From positions 1,322 to 65,321 of IMG/VR virus record IMGVR_UViG_3300022074_000031: 64,000 nt of DNA. The stretch is one strand, 5' to 3'. Shown here piece by piece: positions 8,274-18,164 of this stretch. The notes under the pieces were generated by a model, which did not search any database, was not told the DNA's origin, and saw only the letters and a program-made list of their open reading frames with translations. This stretch comes from a virus (taxonomy: Duplodnaviria > Caudoviricetes). The position numbers and the translations under genes are program-made. Each line of letters begins with the position of its first letter. Within the stretch, counting starts at the first letter, position 1.

Positions 8274-9720
8274 TACTATAACTAGCCCAAAGCACACATT
8301 ATTTTGCATCTTAGACAAAGATAGTTTGAAAGCAAACGGTATCGCCTTGGCTAAGGCAAAAAAATGGATTTCAAGCATTTTTAATATGTTTGATGATGAA
8401 ATTGATAATGAGTTGTACTTACACAATGATTTAGGAGAAGTGGTCTATCAGTTAGACCCTTCGGCTGAAACTCAGAAAAAATATACGGTGAATTATATTC
8501 ATCGTCTCCTTGAATTAAATTGTAGCAAGTTTGACTCAAAGGAGTATCGAATGATTGAACAGGCTATTCTAAATATGTCTGCAAACGAACGACGCTGGTT
8601 TGTTCGCTATTGGTTGCGAAAACCACGAAACGGAATCAATCGAGGAACCGTTGAAAAAATTCTTGCGAGATATTACCGTAAGAAAATCACAGATGTCAAA
8701 AAGCATTTGAACTTTAATTCTGTTGATATAGTTTCAAACTACTATAATATGGGAGAAGAACCAAAAATGGTTTTAAGCCATGGTGGTTTTATTAAGCCTA
8801 TGCTCGCAAAAGACTTGCCGATGAATAAGTGGCCGACAAAGAAAATCGTTGATTTCAAATATGACGGTAATCGCTATCAAATTCACAAAGAAGGTCAATC
8901 GGTAATTATCTTTAATCGTAAAGGCAAAATTGTTTCAAAGCAATTCCCAGAGGTTGCAGAGATTGTTCGCAATTATGAAGTGGATAATGTCATTTTTGAT
9001 GGTGAGATTTATCCCATAAATGAAGATGGTTCTCCCGCAGAACACAAACTGATGGGAACGAGAGTTCACTCAAAGAATGTAGAGGAGGCCATGGAAAGAG
9101 TCGGGGTGAAATGGGTCATTTTTGACTGCCTGAAGTGGGCTGGAGAGACGATTATGACCCTGCCCTATGAGCAACGCCTTGAGCGATTCAAAGGTAATCC
9201 TGACCAAGCACAACGAATGCCGGAAGATGGTGATGTGATGGCTTTCTACAATGTCGCAATTAGTGAAGGGTTTGAAGGGATTATTGTCAAAGATGCTTCT
9301 CTTCCCTATGAAGCAGGTAAGCGTTCTACTGGCTGGGCAAAATACAAACCTCCCCTGATTGAATTAGATGTTGTGATTCTTTCAGCGCAATATGGCGAAG
9401 GAAAGAAATCAGGCGTATTTGCTACATTTGAAATGGGAGTATCATCGGAGGATGGCTTCCAAAGTATTGGGTATGTTGGAACTGGGTTTAGTGATATGGA
9501 TTTAATTTCATTAACAAATACACTACGAAGAAATATTGTGTCTTACGAGAATAATTCGTATTTGGTAAATCCAGTTGTTGTTCTTGAGGTACGGGCCGAT
9601 TTAATTTCGAGGGATTCGTCGAACAATATCGGCTTGAGATTTCCACGATGTAAGCGTATTCGTGATGATAAATTCGTTGCAGACATTAATACTCTCAAAG
9701 ACTTGGAGGCTATGGAATGA
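8176..9720 (+). CDS. lig: ATP-dependent DNA ligase (replication arm)
   Basis: KPMLA, motif I FKYDGNR, FDGEI, FDCL, EGIIVK, WAKYK, VGTGFSD, LRFPR..RIRDDK. Confidence 0.95.
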   Translation: MAWTNLARLLQATDRMRPTETVKMFSEGMESFNTITSPKHTLFCILDKDSLKANGIALAKAKKWISSIFNMFDDEIDNELYLHNDLGEVVYQLDPSAETQKKYTVNYIHRLLELNCSKFDSKEYRMIEQAILNMSANERRWFVRYWLRKPRNGINRGTVEKILARYYRKKITDVKKHLNFNSVDIVSNYYNMGEEPKMVLSHGGFIKPMLAKDLPMNKWPTKKIVDFKYDGNRYQIHKEGQSVIIFNRKGKIVSKQFPEVAEIVRNYEVDNVIFDGEIYPINEDGSPAEHKLMGTRVHSKNVEEAMERVGVKWVIFDCLKWAGETIMTLPYEQRLERFKGNPDQAQRMPEDGDVMAFYNVAISEGFEGIIVKDASLPYEAGKRSTGWAKYKPPLIELDVVILSAQYGEGKKSGVFATFEMGVSSEDGFQSIGYVGTGFSDMDLISLTNTLRRNIVSYENNSYLVNPVVVLEVRADLISRDSSNNIGLRFPRCKRIRDDKFVADINTLKDLEAME

Positions 9721-10169
9721 TTGAAGTTGGTGGACTAACCATTATGGAAATAAACGGAAAAAGAAACACCTATCGTTGCATTAAAATTCAAAGCGGCATG
9801 GCACACCTCAAGAATGTTTTACATGACCAAGGACGACCAACAAAAATTCCCATTGGGGAATGCCCCTTTATGCAGGATGGAAAGTTGATTGTTCCTGAAA
9901 GACCCACTGAGAAAAGAACCCGGACACGGAGCAAAATAAACATCACCGCCATTCTCAAAGAAAACACCGACCTTCAAATATCAAGAACGGCGAAAAACTT
10001 TCTCTACGAATGGGTAGAGACAGCCATAGGAAATGTCATAACCAACGCCGAGCAGAACGCTTTGGAGCGGGGAGACGCCAGAATCACCGCCGCCCATATT
10101 CACTGGCTTGAGACAAACGAACGAGTAGCGGGATACTGGAAGCAAAATGAAGACTACATCAGGGATTGA
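9717..10169 (+). CDS. histone-fold protein with N-terminal beta-rich domain
   Basis: C-terminal INITAILKENTDLQISRTAKNFLYEWVETAIGNVITNAEQNALERGDARITAAHI aligns by eye to HMf-type archaeal histones. Confidence 0.75.
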   Translation: MIEVGGLTIMEINGKRNTYRCIKIQSGMAHLKNVLHDQGRPTKIPIGECPFMQDGKLIVPERPTEKRTRTRSKINITAILKENTDLQISRTAKNFLYEWVETAIGNVITNAEQNALERGDARITAAHIHWLETNERVAGYWKQNEDYIRD

Positions 10170-10533
10170 TAAAGTGTTCATTTATCCAGAATTAAACGAA
10201 TTGCTTTTTAAGTTTGAAAAAGTAAAAACATTCACCTTCTTTGTTTATGGTTCTCCTAATGAAGAAGAATTAAATATAATAAATAAAGGGCTATATTTTA
10301 AAGTTGTCCACGCTACAGAAATTGTAAAAGAACGAGTTGTTGTGATTGTAGAACCTATTCTTGAAGAACAGGCAAACCTTCTAAACTGTTATCAAGGAAC
10401 AAGAATGATTTTCGGCATCGCCCAAAATGACATTGATGAAGAAATAGTCCGAGACACAATTCTTGATGGTTTTAGTTATCTTAGATACAAAGCAGAATAT
10501 TTGGGAACGAAGGAGACTGAGAATAATGTTTAG
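10147..10533 (+). CDS. hypothetical protein
   Basis: 128 aa ORF overlapping its neighbours in the operon. Confidence 0.65.
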   Translation: MKTTSGIDKVFIYPELNELLFKFEKVKTFTFFVYGSPNEEELNIINKGLYFKVVHATEIVKERVVVIVEPILEEQANLLNCYQGTRMIFGIAQNDIDEEIVRDTILDGFSYLRYKAEYLGTKETENNV

Positions 10534-10957
10534 TGGAGAGATGCTAACAGGAATCATATTAGCCAGTGGCAAGTTTTTCGTATCAATCAAAGTGGAAGAA
10601 AAAATGAGAATTGGTTATTCTACTAAAATTGGCATGGACATTAGAATGGATTCTTATGAGTTTTTAGAAATAACCCAAAGGAGTTTTCAAGCCCTCGGAA
10701 TCAAAACCGTTATCAAGAAAAAAGAAGGAAAGCACCGACCTCGACCTATCTTAAGGATAAGAGGCGCAGAGACACTTAATACTGTCAGAGCATTAATTGT
10801 TTTTAATGGTGCTCGTTCAATAAACCACGACGAGTCTCTCGGAACATTCTTCGAAATGCTAGATATTATCTTAAATAAAGGACACCGAACTTTAAAAGGC
10901 ATAGAACAAATTTTAATACTAAAGGGTGAACTAAATGGGCCTAACGACAATGAATAA
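10526..10957 (+). CDS. single-motif LAGLIDADG-like protein, probably catalytically inactive
   Basis: MLTGIILASGKFFVSI (catalytic acid replaced), RIGY, and C-terminal HRTLKGIEQILILKGELN typical of I-CreI-like proteins. Confidence 0.65.
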   Translation: MFSGEMLTGIILASGKFFVSIKVEEKMRIGYSTKIGMDIRMDSYEFLEITQRSFQALGIKTVIKKKEGKHRPRPILRIRGAETLNTVRALIVFNGARSINHDESLGTFFEMLDIILNKGHRTLKGIEQILILKGELNGPNDNE

Positions 10958-11777
10958 GCAAAGACCGATTTTACTTACAGGTAAAGTAGGTACAGGTAAA
11001 TCACAAAAAGCAAAAACATTTGTGAATGACCCCGTTATATTCTACGCGAATTCGATTGATTATGATACTGGTTCAATACCGATTGACCGCGGTATAATCA
11101 TTGAAGATGTTCATTACAAACCAGAGAAAGAAGCAATACTTACCATTCTTAGAAACTATCGTGGGCAGGTCGTTCTTACTTCTATCAATGAGAAAGGCGT
11201 CCCTAAGGAAATTAAAACCATGTGTCAAGTCAAAAGAGCGGGTTCAAAAAATCATCTGAGACAAAGGATTGAAACGCTCGCTCCAAGAAGTGAAGACCCC
11301 TTTTCTTATGAGAGGGACACTTATTCTTTGGTTATGGATTTTTTGAAAACAAAGGACAGGGACTTGGTTTGCGAGTTGATGCTTTTTAACAAACCGTCTG
11401 ATACCCAAGTTTTAACTTGGCTTTCAGAAAATATGCATCCTAACCGATTGGTATTTATTGACGGTGTGGTGAGAAGAAGGTGGAGTCAACGATACTTTTA
11501 TGAAATGCTATCTTATGCACACATGGGGAATATGGCCGGACGGATTCAAATGCCCAAAAGAGGAACCTATTCCAAAGTGCCAAGTCTTTCAAGGAGACTC
11601 GGTGTGAGAAACCCTAAACTGCTCTCACAATTATTTCAAGATGAAGATTTCAGGTCTTGGTCGAAAACAAAGTTGAACAATGCAGAATGTCGTCTGCTGA
11701 AACTTGGTGAAAAGAAACGGCGAAAAAAGACTGACCCAATCAAGGTTCAGCAAAAATCATTGGAGGAATTTATATGA
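10935..11777 (+). CDS. clamp loader (RFC large subunit-like) AAA+ protein
   Basis: Walker A GKVGTGKS, Walker B-like IIIEDV, C-terminal PIP-like QKSLEEF; near the RFC small subunit. Confidence 0.65.
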   Translation: MGLTTMNKQRPILLTGKVGTGKSQKAKTFVNDPVIFYANSIDYDTGSIPIDRGIIIEDVHYKPEKEAILTILRNYRGQVVLTSINEKGVPKEIKTMCQVKRAGSKNHLRQRIETLAPRSEDPFSYERDTYSLVMDFLKTKDRDLVCELMLFNKPSDTQVLTWLSENMHPNRLVFIDGVVRRRWSQRYFYEMLSYAHMGNMAGRIQMPKRGTYSKVPSLSRRLGVRNPKLLSQLFQDEDFRSWSKTKLNNAECRLLKLGEKKRRKKTDPIKVQQKSLEEFI

Positions 11778-12052
11778 GATTGAAACTACAAAAGAGAATA
11801 CCAGAAAAAATTGCACAGGTTATGGAAGGCGACGAAGACCTTCCAACCCATGTTATCTACGATAGATTGATGGATGTTCTGGCCTACACCAGAAAGGGCG
11901 TATCAAAACGGTGGAGAAATACCCCGACAAAACAACAAGTGGGAGCGATTCTTTCTTCGGGACTTTACCCGCAATTTATTAGAGTTAGCGAAAAAGGCAA
12001 GTACCCAACCTATTGGAAATATCTTGCACATTTAGATATGAGGGAACGATGA
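11774..12052 (+). CDS. putative winged-helix DNA-binding protein
   Basis: LPTHVIYDRL...PTKQQVGAILS...FIRV...YW helix-turn-helix-wing pattern. Confidence 0.5.
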   Translation: MRLKLQKRIPEKIAQVMEGDEDLPTHVIYDRLMDVLAYTRKGVSKRWRNTPTKQQVGAILSSGLYPQFIRVSEKGKYPTYWKYLAHLDMRER

Positions 12053-12189
12053 TGCGCCCAGTATGGCGAATTAAACAATGCCCAAATTGTGGAAACACAG
12101 AAATTACTTTGGCAAGAAACGCATTTTGTTTGTTGTGCCGAAGACCGGCATTCAAATGTAAAATGCACATGAAAGACTATATATGGTGA
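12049..12189 (+). CDS. small zinc-ribbon protein
   Basis: MMRPVWRIKQCPNCG...FCLLC..., 46 aa, ATGA overlap; not in ORF track. Confidence 0.6.
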   Translation: MMRPVWRIKQCPNCGNTEITLARNAFCLLCRRPAFKCKMHMKDYIW

Positions 12190-12194
12190 TTAAA

Positions 12195-13106
12195 ATGCTA
12201 TGGACAGAAAAATATAGACCAACAAAAATTAGCGATATTAAAGGACAGGAACACTTCGTTATGGATGCCTGCTCTTGGATTGAAATAAACGATATGCCAA
12301 ATGTTCTTCTTTATGGGAACCCCGGAAATGGCAAGACCTCTGCTGGTATTGTTCTGGCAAAGGAGTTTCTTAAAGACAATTTTAAGGATAACTTCTTTGA
12401 AGTAAATGCTTCTGACGATAGAAGACTTGAAACAGTTAGAACAACTATTCGTCAAGTTGCACAAAGCGGGACGATTGGCGAGGTTCCTTTCCGCATGATG
12501 CTTCTTGATGAAATGGACGGAATGACCACAGATGCTCAGAATGCCTTGAAGCGAATCATGGAAAGGTATTCCAATAACATTCGCTTCATTATCACATGCA
12601 ACGACCGAAATAAAATAATCTTTGCTTTACAGAGCCGATGTGCAAACTATCATTTTAAATCAATTTCTAATGAGAACATGCTCGATATGGTCAAGGATAT
12701 TCTTTTTAAAGAACAAATTGGTCGTTTTAGCGATGAAGAGTTAGCGGCCTTTATATACACTATGAATGGTGATATGCGGAGGGCAATCACCGAGATTCAA
12801 GCGGCTAAAGCCAGCAACTCAACCCTCCAAAGACAAATTGATATTTCATTGGAAGAATACCACCAAATGCTAATCAAAATTACAAACAAAAATTCTAATA
12901 TATTAGGTGAATTGCATGATTTGTTATACAAAGGCAGGACAGTTAAAGAAATCTGTCTTGGATTGCACGATGCAGTCATTAATTCAAAGGGGCTTGATAG
13001 CGCCTTGAAATTTAAATTTCTCCGAACAATCGGAGAATGTGAATACCGCTCCAATAGTATGACCCCCAAAGTATTGTTATCATGGATGGTGGGACAACTA
13101 TTGTAA
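12195..13106 (+). CDS. rfcS: replication factor C small subunit (clamp loader)
   Basis: WTEKYRP, GNPGNGKT, EVNASDDR, LDEMDGMTTDAQNALKRIME, QSRC, GDMRRAI. Confidence 0.95.
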   Translation: MLWTEKYRPTKISDIKGQEHFVMDACSWIEINDMPNVLLYGNPGNGKTSAGIVLAKEFLKDNFKDNFFEVNASDDRRLETVRTTIRQVAQSGTIGEVPFRMMLLDEMDGMTTDAQNALKRIMERYSNNIRFIITCNDRNKIIFALQSRCANYHFKSISNENMLDMVKDILFKEQIGRFSDEELAAFIYTMNGDMRRAITEIQAAKASNSTLQRQIDISLEEYHQMLIKITNKNSNILGELHDLLYKGRTVKEICLGLHDAVINSKGLDSALKFKFLRTIGECEYRSNSMTPKVLLSWMVGQLL

Positions 13107-13119
13107 AAAGAAAAAAAAT

Positions 13120-14343
13120 ATGGAAGTGAAAAACATGGAAGAAAAAACTGTGAAAGAAATTGAAGCAGGTGCGAAGATTCTTGGTCTGACCACCGAAGAG
13201 GCAAATGCCAAGTTTGCCGAGATTTGTAGCGAAAGCCACATTGAGAAAAATAACCCAATCGGCCTCGGCCTTTGGAGAAACTATGTCGCAAATGCGAAGC
13301 GCTCTGCATCAAGCGGAAAGCAACAACAAAGCGACTCTCTCTTCAAGCCAGCATTTGGATTCTTTTTGTCTCTTGATGCACCCCGAGATATGATGTCTTG
13401 GAACCGAAACAAGGCAAAGGAAGAGTTCTTGCGTGATTCTGACAATGCCGTTGAAAACGGGATTGTTGCAGTTGCTCAAGAAAACGCTCTTGGAAAGTTT
13501 ACTGTCTCCCGTTATTTCAACGGAAACTACGAAGAAAAGGTTGTGGGTGCATTACCCGAAGGAGCAGAAACGCTTGAAGACGGTCGCATCTACATTCCGC
13601 TGGACGCTACGGCTACCTACATGAATGGTGGAAAGAACAACAACTACGGAAAGCCTTTGCCAAAGGAGCAATTCCGAAGAAGCGGTATTTTCTACGGTTC
13701 GGTCGCTGGAGGAGATATGCAACCGTATTTCTTCTCCTACAAGAACCAAGGAGGAATTGATTTTGCTCCAAACACCTTTGAATGGGTTCATTTCATTTGT
13801 GTTGCAGGTTCAAACGGGACTGACATTTACGGCGCAACCGATACTACACTCAAGAGTCTTCTTATCAATTCAGAGATTGACCCCGAAGCAGACGCTTACC
13901 GTGATATGTCGGGCTTCTCTTATGAGAACTGTTTGAAAGAACACTTTGGCGACCACATCACGGCTTTGGTAGAAATTGACAAAGCCCACATTTTGCTTCA
14001 AAGCAAGCCATCAAAAGAGCGTTTCATCATTACAGATGGAACAGTGTGCAACATGAATATGACTCCAACCAAGAACGGAAACCGAATTATCAACATTACG
14101 GATTTGAATGCCGAAGTGGATTTTGAGTCGGATAGCATGACAACTTGTTGGATGCCTGAACACATTGATTTAGATTTCGGTATTGGTTCAACAATTATTG
14201 TGATTGGCCGAACAAGCCAAAGAACGGTTGATGGTGAAACTGAACCAACAACAATCAATGTTGCTGGTGTGCTTTGCGTTGAGCGAGTGGGTTCCCCTGT
14301 TGAATCCGCTCAACCCGTGGAGAAGGACTTTGATTGGTTCTGA
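13120..14343 (+). CDS. putative ssDNA-binding protein (RPA/OB-fold)
   Basis: C-terminal OB-fold-like pattern (DGTVCNM...IINITD...GSTIIVIGR), acidic-aromatic tail DFDWF, replication context. Confidence 0.6.
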   Translation: MEVKNMEEKTVKEIEAGAKILGLTTEEANAKFAEICSESHIEKNNPIGLGLWRNYVANAKRSASSGKQQQSDSLFKPAFGFFLSLDAPRDMMSWNRNKAKEEFLRDSDNAVENGIVAVAQENALGKFTVSRYFNGNYEEKVVGALPEGAETLEDGRIYIPLDATATYMNGGKNNNYGKPLPKEQFRRSGIFYGSVAGGDMQPYFFSYKNQGGIDFAPNTFEWVHFICVAGSNGTDIYGATDTTLKSLLINSEIDPEADAYRDMSGFSYENCLKEHFGDHITALVEIDKAHILLQSKPSKERFIITDGTVCNMNMTPTKNGNRIINITDLNAEVDFESDSMTTCWMPEHIDLDFGIGSTIIVIGRTSQRTVDGETEPTTINVAGVLCVERVGSPVESAQPVEKDFDWF

Positions 14344-14440
14344 TTCCCCCTTTGCGCTGGAAACCAAAGGAACCGTGTAGGTGTGGCGGTAGAAGGATAC
14401 CCGAATAGGTGCGAAGCCTATACCCTGAAAGGTGAAAAAT

Positions 14441-14689
14441 ATGAAAGATTTGATAGGAGAAAGATTCTTAGTAAAAAAGAATGCATATGTCGTTGATTTG
14501 GCAAATGTTGATTTTATTACTTACAAAGAAAATGAAAACGAAATTGGAACTTACTGGGTAAAATTCCACATTGGACAGAAAGAAGCGAGGTATGTCTGTT
14601 ATGACCTCGAATCGCTTCGTAGTATTATCCAATATTGGACGATGAGTAAGAATTCAAAAACAAGAATAGAAGAAAACAAACTGGTGTGA
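14441..14689 (+). CDS. hypothetical protein
   Basis: GGTGA RBS then MKDLIGERF... Confidence 0.7.
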   Translation: MKDLIGERFLVKKNAYVVDLANVDFITYKENENEIGTYWVKFHIGQKEARYVCYDLESLRSIIQYWTMSKNSKTRIEENKLV

Positions 14690-14694
14690 TAAAA

Positions 14695-15486
14695 ATGGGA
14701 CTGACAAATAGCAAAGGCAATGCTTTACCAAGCGAAACATTCTTGGAATTGCATAAGAAACAAATGGAGAAGAAAAGAGAGAGCAGAAAGCCACGAATGG
14801 TTTTAGGTATTTGGGGCATGCCCAAAACTGGAAAAACTGGATTGGCACTAGATTTTCCCGACAGGAAAATCTATGTTCTTGATTGGGATAGTGGCGTGGA
14901 ATCTACATGGATTACCTGCCACGATGCAACAGAAAGAATTGAAGTGTTTGACCCCATCGTGCAGGATAAAGATGCACAATTGGACATTCATAAATCTGAG
15001 CAAAACTCAAGAGACTTTGTGAAATATGTCCATTCAAAGATTGAAGAAGGAGAAAATCCCATCTTTGTTCTTGATGGAGTCGATACTTGGTTTAGTAGTT
15101 GTATTCTCAAAGTTAATCCTGACCCAACAAAAGTTACGAAAATTATGCCGTTTCAATACGGTGCAAGAAATAAGACATTTGAAGCATTAATGGTTTCTAT
15201 CTATCGTTTGAAGTGTGATGTTATTTACATTACTCACGAAGCAGAAAAATATGTAGATAATGTTCCTGTTGGCGTTCAACCGGCATGGCGTGATTGGGGC
15301 GGAAAACTTGAGCAAGAGATTCACTGCACCCGAAAGAATATCAAGGGTGAAATGCACTATGTTGCACAATTGATTGGTTCAAGAACAAACGGAAACTTAG
15401 TCGGAACACGCTGGACAGTCCGTGAAGGAACCCCACCAAATGTTGTTTGGAACGGTATTCCCGAATTACGGGAGGGTAAAATTTGA
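14695..15486 (+). CDS. RecA/RadA/Sak4-like P-loop ATPase (recombinase)
   Basis: GIWGMPKTGKT, VLDWDSG, FVLDGVD, YITHE. Confidence 0.75.
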   Translation: MGLTNSKGNALPSETFLELHKKQMEKKRESRKPRMVLGIWGMPKTGKTGLALDFPDRKIYVLDWDSGVESTWITCHDATERIEVFDPIVQDKDAQLDIHKSEQNSRDFVKYVHSKIEEGENPIFVLDGVDTWFSSCILKVNPDPTKVTKIMPFQYGARNKTFEALMVSIYRLKCDVIYITHEAEKYVDNVPVGVQPAWRDWGGKLEQEIHCTRKNIKGEMHYVAQLIGSRTNGNLVGTRWTVREGTPPNVVWNGIPELREGKI

Positions 15487-16247
15487 AATTTACAGTTAGC
15501 GCAAAAGAACTAGAACAAGCAATTGAAAGTATTCGTGTCAAAGGAAAGTCATTGACCTCAAAGGGTTTTGGAAACGGAACAATGGGGGACTATATTTACA
15601 TCGTTTTGGAAGGAAATGTTCTTTCAATCGTTAATGGCTCTGCCATTTTTATGGCGAAGATTTCGCTTGCCGTGGTCGGTGAAGAAAACGGAAACTGCGT
15701 TGTTGATGCTACGGTGGTTCTTCCCTACCTAAAGTCCTTCAAAGGCAATATCACGGTAGCGGGCGGCGATTTTATTTCTATCTCCCAAACAGGAAAGAGA
15801 GCAAGTCTTCCTAAGGTTGTAAATCATCCTGCTATGGATGCGTTAGAAAACTCGTTGGACAGAACAAAAGAAATCACTTGGTCTGCCGCTTTGAACGAAT
15901 TGCCCACCTTTGGCAAAACCACTTTTGAAGGAGCATTTTCTTTGACGTCTGAACAATTCAAATCGTGTATCAAGAATTGTGAATTAGTCAAAAGCGGAGT
16001 GTATCGTCTTGATTTTAACAAAGAGACAGCAACATTCTCTTCACAACAAAATGTTCAAAACAGATACACAGAAACAATTACACCTGTTGTCGCTCTCGGA
16101 GAAGCGGCAACGCTGGATTATACCAGCCCTCTTCAAAACTTCTTTGGTAAGGAACAGTTGCTTAACTTCTATGTCAAGGACGACTTTCCTCTTCTTATTG
16201 TGGCAGAGGATAGAATGATTTTGAAAGCCCCACAAATCGGTGATTAA
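15483..16247 (+). CDS. DNA sliding clamp (PCNA/beta-clamp fold)
   Basis: About 250 aa two-domain alpha/beta pattern, C-terminal DFPLLI...LKAP; immediately upstream of polB; TTG start. Confidence 0.7.
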   Translation: MKFTVSAKELEQAIESIRVKGKSLTSKGFGNGTMGDYIYIVLEGNVLSIVNGSAIFMAKISLAVVGEENGNCVVDATVVLPYLKSFKGNITVAGGDFISISQTGKRASLPKVVNHPAMDALENSLDRTKEITWSAALNELPTFGKTTFEGAFSLTSEQFKSCIKNCELVKSGVYRLDFNKETATFSSQQNVQNRYTETITPVVALGEAATLDYTSPLQNFFGKEQLLNFYVKDDFPLLIVAEDRMILKAPQIGD

Positions 16248-17885
16248 ATGATTATTAGCAAAATGAATGACGGTAAAAATATATACACATCATGGAGAGA
16301 AAACGGAGAAAAGAAGTGGAATATTACCCCCTTTCGCCCATATTTTTATGTTCCAGAAGATGAGCATGTATCTTCTTACAAACCTTCTAAATATATTGAA
16401 AGAGAGTTTGCCTACGAGGATGGAAACTTCATCAACTTGCAGGGAGACTCCTTAAAAAGAGTATATGTTGAATCGTCCTTTGATGTGCGTAAAGCCAAGG
16501 ATGAGTTTCACAAAACCTATGAAGCAGATGTCCCGTACCATTTTCGTTATGCAGTAGATAAAGTCCATGAAATGCCAGAATACGATATGAGAAAGTGGTA
16601 TTGGGACATGGAATGGCAACAGGGTGGAGAATATCACGATTGCATTACAACGATTGTTGCTTACGATAATTACGACAGTGAGTATTTGCAGTGGGTTTGG
16701 TTTCCTGAGGAAACAGAAACAAAGGAAAACTGTTTTGTGTTTAGTAGCGAGAAAGATATGATAGATTCTTTCTTGAACACCATGCTTCTAAAAGACCCTG
16801 ATATGCTAATTGCTTGGTTTGGAAATAAGTTTGACTTGCCCCATCTTCTCAAGAGAGCATGTGCCTTGGGGATTGACCCTCGCATCATATCTCCAACAGC
16901 AAGCGTGAAGGGTGTTAAAACAAGCAGGGGAGGCTTTTCTTTTGCTTATGGTGAAAAGGGGTTCTCGCCCATCGAACAGCCCATAGGGGGCCGCATAACG
17001 CTCTCTCTTGACCTTGCTTTTGAGCGTCAATGGAATGACTCACAAAGAGGAACATTACCTTCTTTAAGTCTTGAATATGTTTCACAAACGCTTTTTGGTG
17101 AAGGTAAAGTAAAGAAGAGTAAGTTTGAAGATAGAAACGAATTCTTCCGAAGGGCTTGGTTAGAAGACACGGAGGTTTATTTGGAATATGCTTTGGTTGA
17201 TGTAGAGTTATTAGTGCGTATTGATGAAACAAACTTTTGCAGTGAAGCAATTCTTTCACTTCAACGATTGTTGAAAGCACCGTTTGATGCTTGTTTCTAT
17301 GCTTCGCACATGGGTTCAATTTATTTCATGCGGAATGCCACTTGGAAAGCACCAACAGGAAACCGGGATATTGAACGAAGGGAATATGACGGGGCTATGA
17401 TTTACGACCCACTGAGCGAACAAACTCAAGGACTTCATTTGAATGTTGCCGCATTTGACTATGCCGGTCTTTACCCTTCAATGATGATTGCACGAAACAT
17501 TTCATGGGAAACCAAGTCGGAAGAACCGACAGAGTTTGCCGTGAACATTTCAACACCAAGAGACTTTAGCAAAGTAAAGTATCGGGATATGCTCTACTAT
17601 AAAACTGATAAACTCGGTCTTCTTCCGAGAGCCGTCCTTGAGTTGAAGGAGTTGCGAAACGATTACAAGCGACTGATGCGAGAGGCAAGAGAGACGAACA
17701 ATGGGGAATATCAAAAGTGGTATAATAATCAAATGGCAGTAAAGCGATTAATGGCTTCTTTTTACGGAATCGTTGCCTTCCAAGGTTTTGGTTGGGCTGA
17801 TGTTGATTTGGCGGCATCTATTACTGCGAGTGCAAGAGAAGCGATTAGATTAGCGGCATTTAAAGCAAAGGAGATTGAGACATGA
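16248..17885 (+). CDS. polB: family B DNA polymerase, N-terminal part (exonuclease, motif A, motif B)
   Basis: ExoI WDME, ExoII FGNKFDLPHL, ExoIII YALVD, motif A FDYAGLYPS, motif B QMAVKRLMASFYG; stops before motif C. Confidence 0.93.
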   Translation: MIISKMNDGKNIYTSWRENGEKKWNITPFRPYFYVPEDEHVSSYKPSKYIEREFAYEDGNFINLQGDSLKRVYVESSFDVRKAKDEFHKTYEADVPYHFRYAVDKVHEMPEYDMRKWYWDMEWQQGGEYHDCITTIVAYDNYDSEYLQWVWFPEETETKENCFVFSSEKDMIDSFLNTMLLKDPDMLIAWFGNKFDLPHLLKRACALGIDPRIISPTASVKGVKTSRGGFSFAYGEKGFSPIEQPIGGRITLSLDLAFERQWNDSQRGTLPSLSLEYVSQTLFGEGKVKKSKFEDRNEFFRRAWLEDTEVYLEYALVDVELLVRIDETNFCSEAILSLQRLLKAPFDACFYASHMGSIYFMRNATWKAPTGNRDIERREYDGAMIYDPLSEQTQGLHLNVAAFDYAGLYPSMMIARNISWETKSEEPTEFAVNISTPRDFSKVKYRDMLYYKTDKLGLLPRAVLELKELRNDYKRLMREARETNNGEYQKWYNNQMAVKRLMASFYGIVAFQGFGWADVDLAASITASAREAIRLAAFKAKEIET

Positions 17886-18055
17886 AAACTAAATTTGTAT
17901 TAGTGAAAGTAGATTACGACTCCGAAGAAACTTGGGATATTACTTTAGAAGAAGTCCAAGAGATTTTTCAAATGATGAACAATCTAAAAAGGCATGCTGA
18001 AATTATTGAGATTACTCAGAGTGTGAATAAAAATGATGATGGACAGGACGAATGA
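17882..18055 (+). CDS. small hypothetical protein between polB halves
   Basis: MKTKFVLVKVDYDSEETWDITLEEV..., 57 aa, ATGA overlap with the polB-N stop; not in ORF track. Confidence 0.6.
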   Translation: MKTKFVLVKVDYDSEETWDITLEEVQEIFQMMNNLKRHAEIIEITQSVNKNDDGQDE

Positions 18056-18164
18056 ATTACTGGAAGAGTTGCTCGCCATGATAAATAGAAGCAATAAGAT
18101 TTTGATGATGGTAAATGTCGTCAACATCGCAACAATTATTACCTTACTGGTGGTGGTATTATGA
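18033..18164 (+). CDS. small membrane-anchored protein between polB halves
   Basis: MMMDRTNELLEELLAMINRSNKILMMVNVVNIATIITLLVVVL, C-terminal hydrophobic helix; not in ORF track. Confidence 0.55.
   Translation: MMMDRTNELLEELLAMINRSNKILMMVNVVNIATIITLLVVVL

Noticed and set aside
14372-14426. tRNA gene suggested by GGTGCGAAGCC T-arm-like sequence
   Set aside because: No cloverleaf, anticodon arm or proper acceptor stem could be built; kept only as a possible structured RNA
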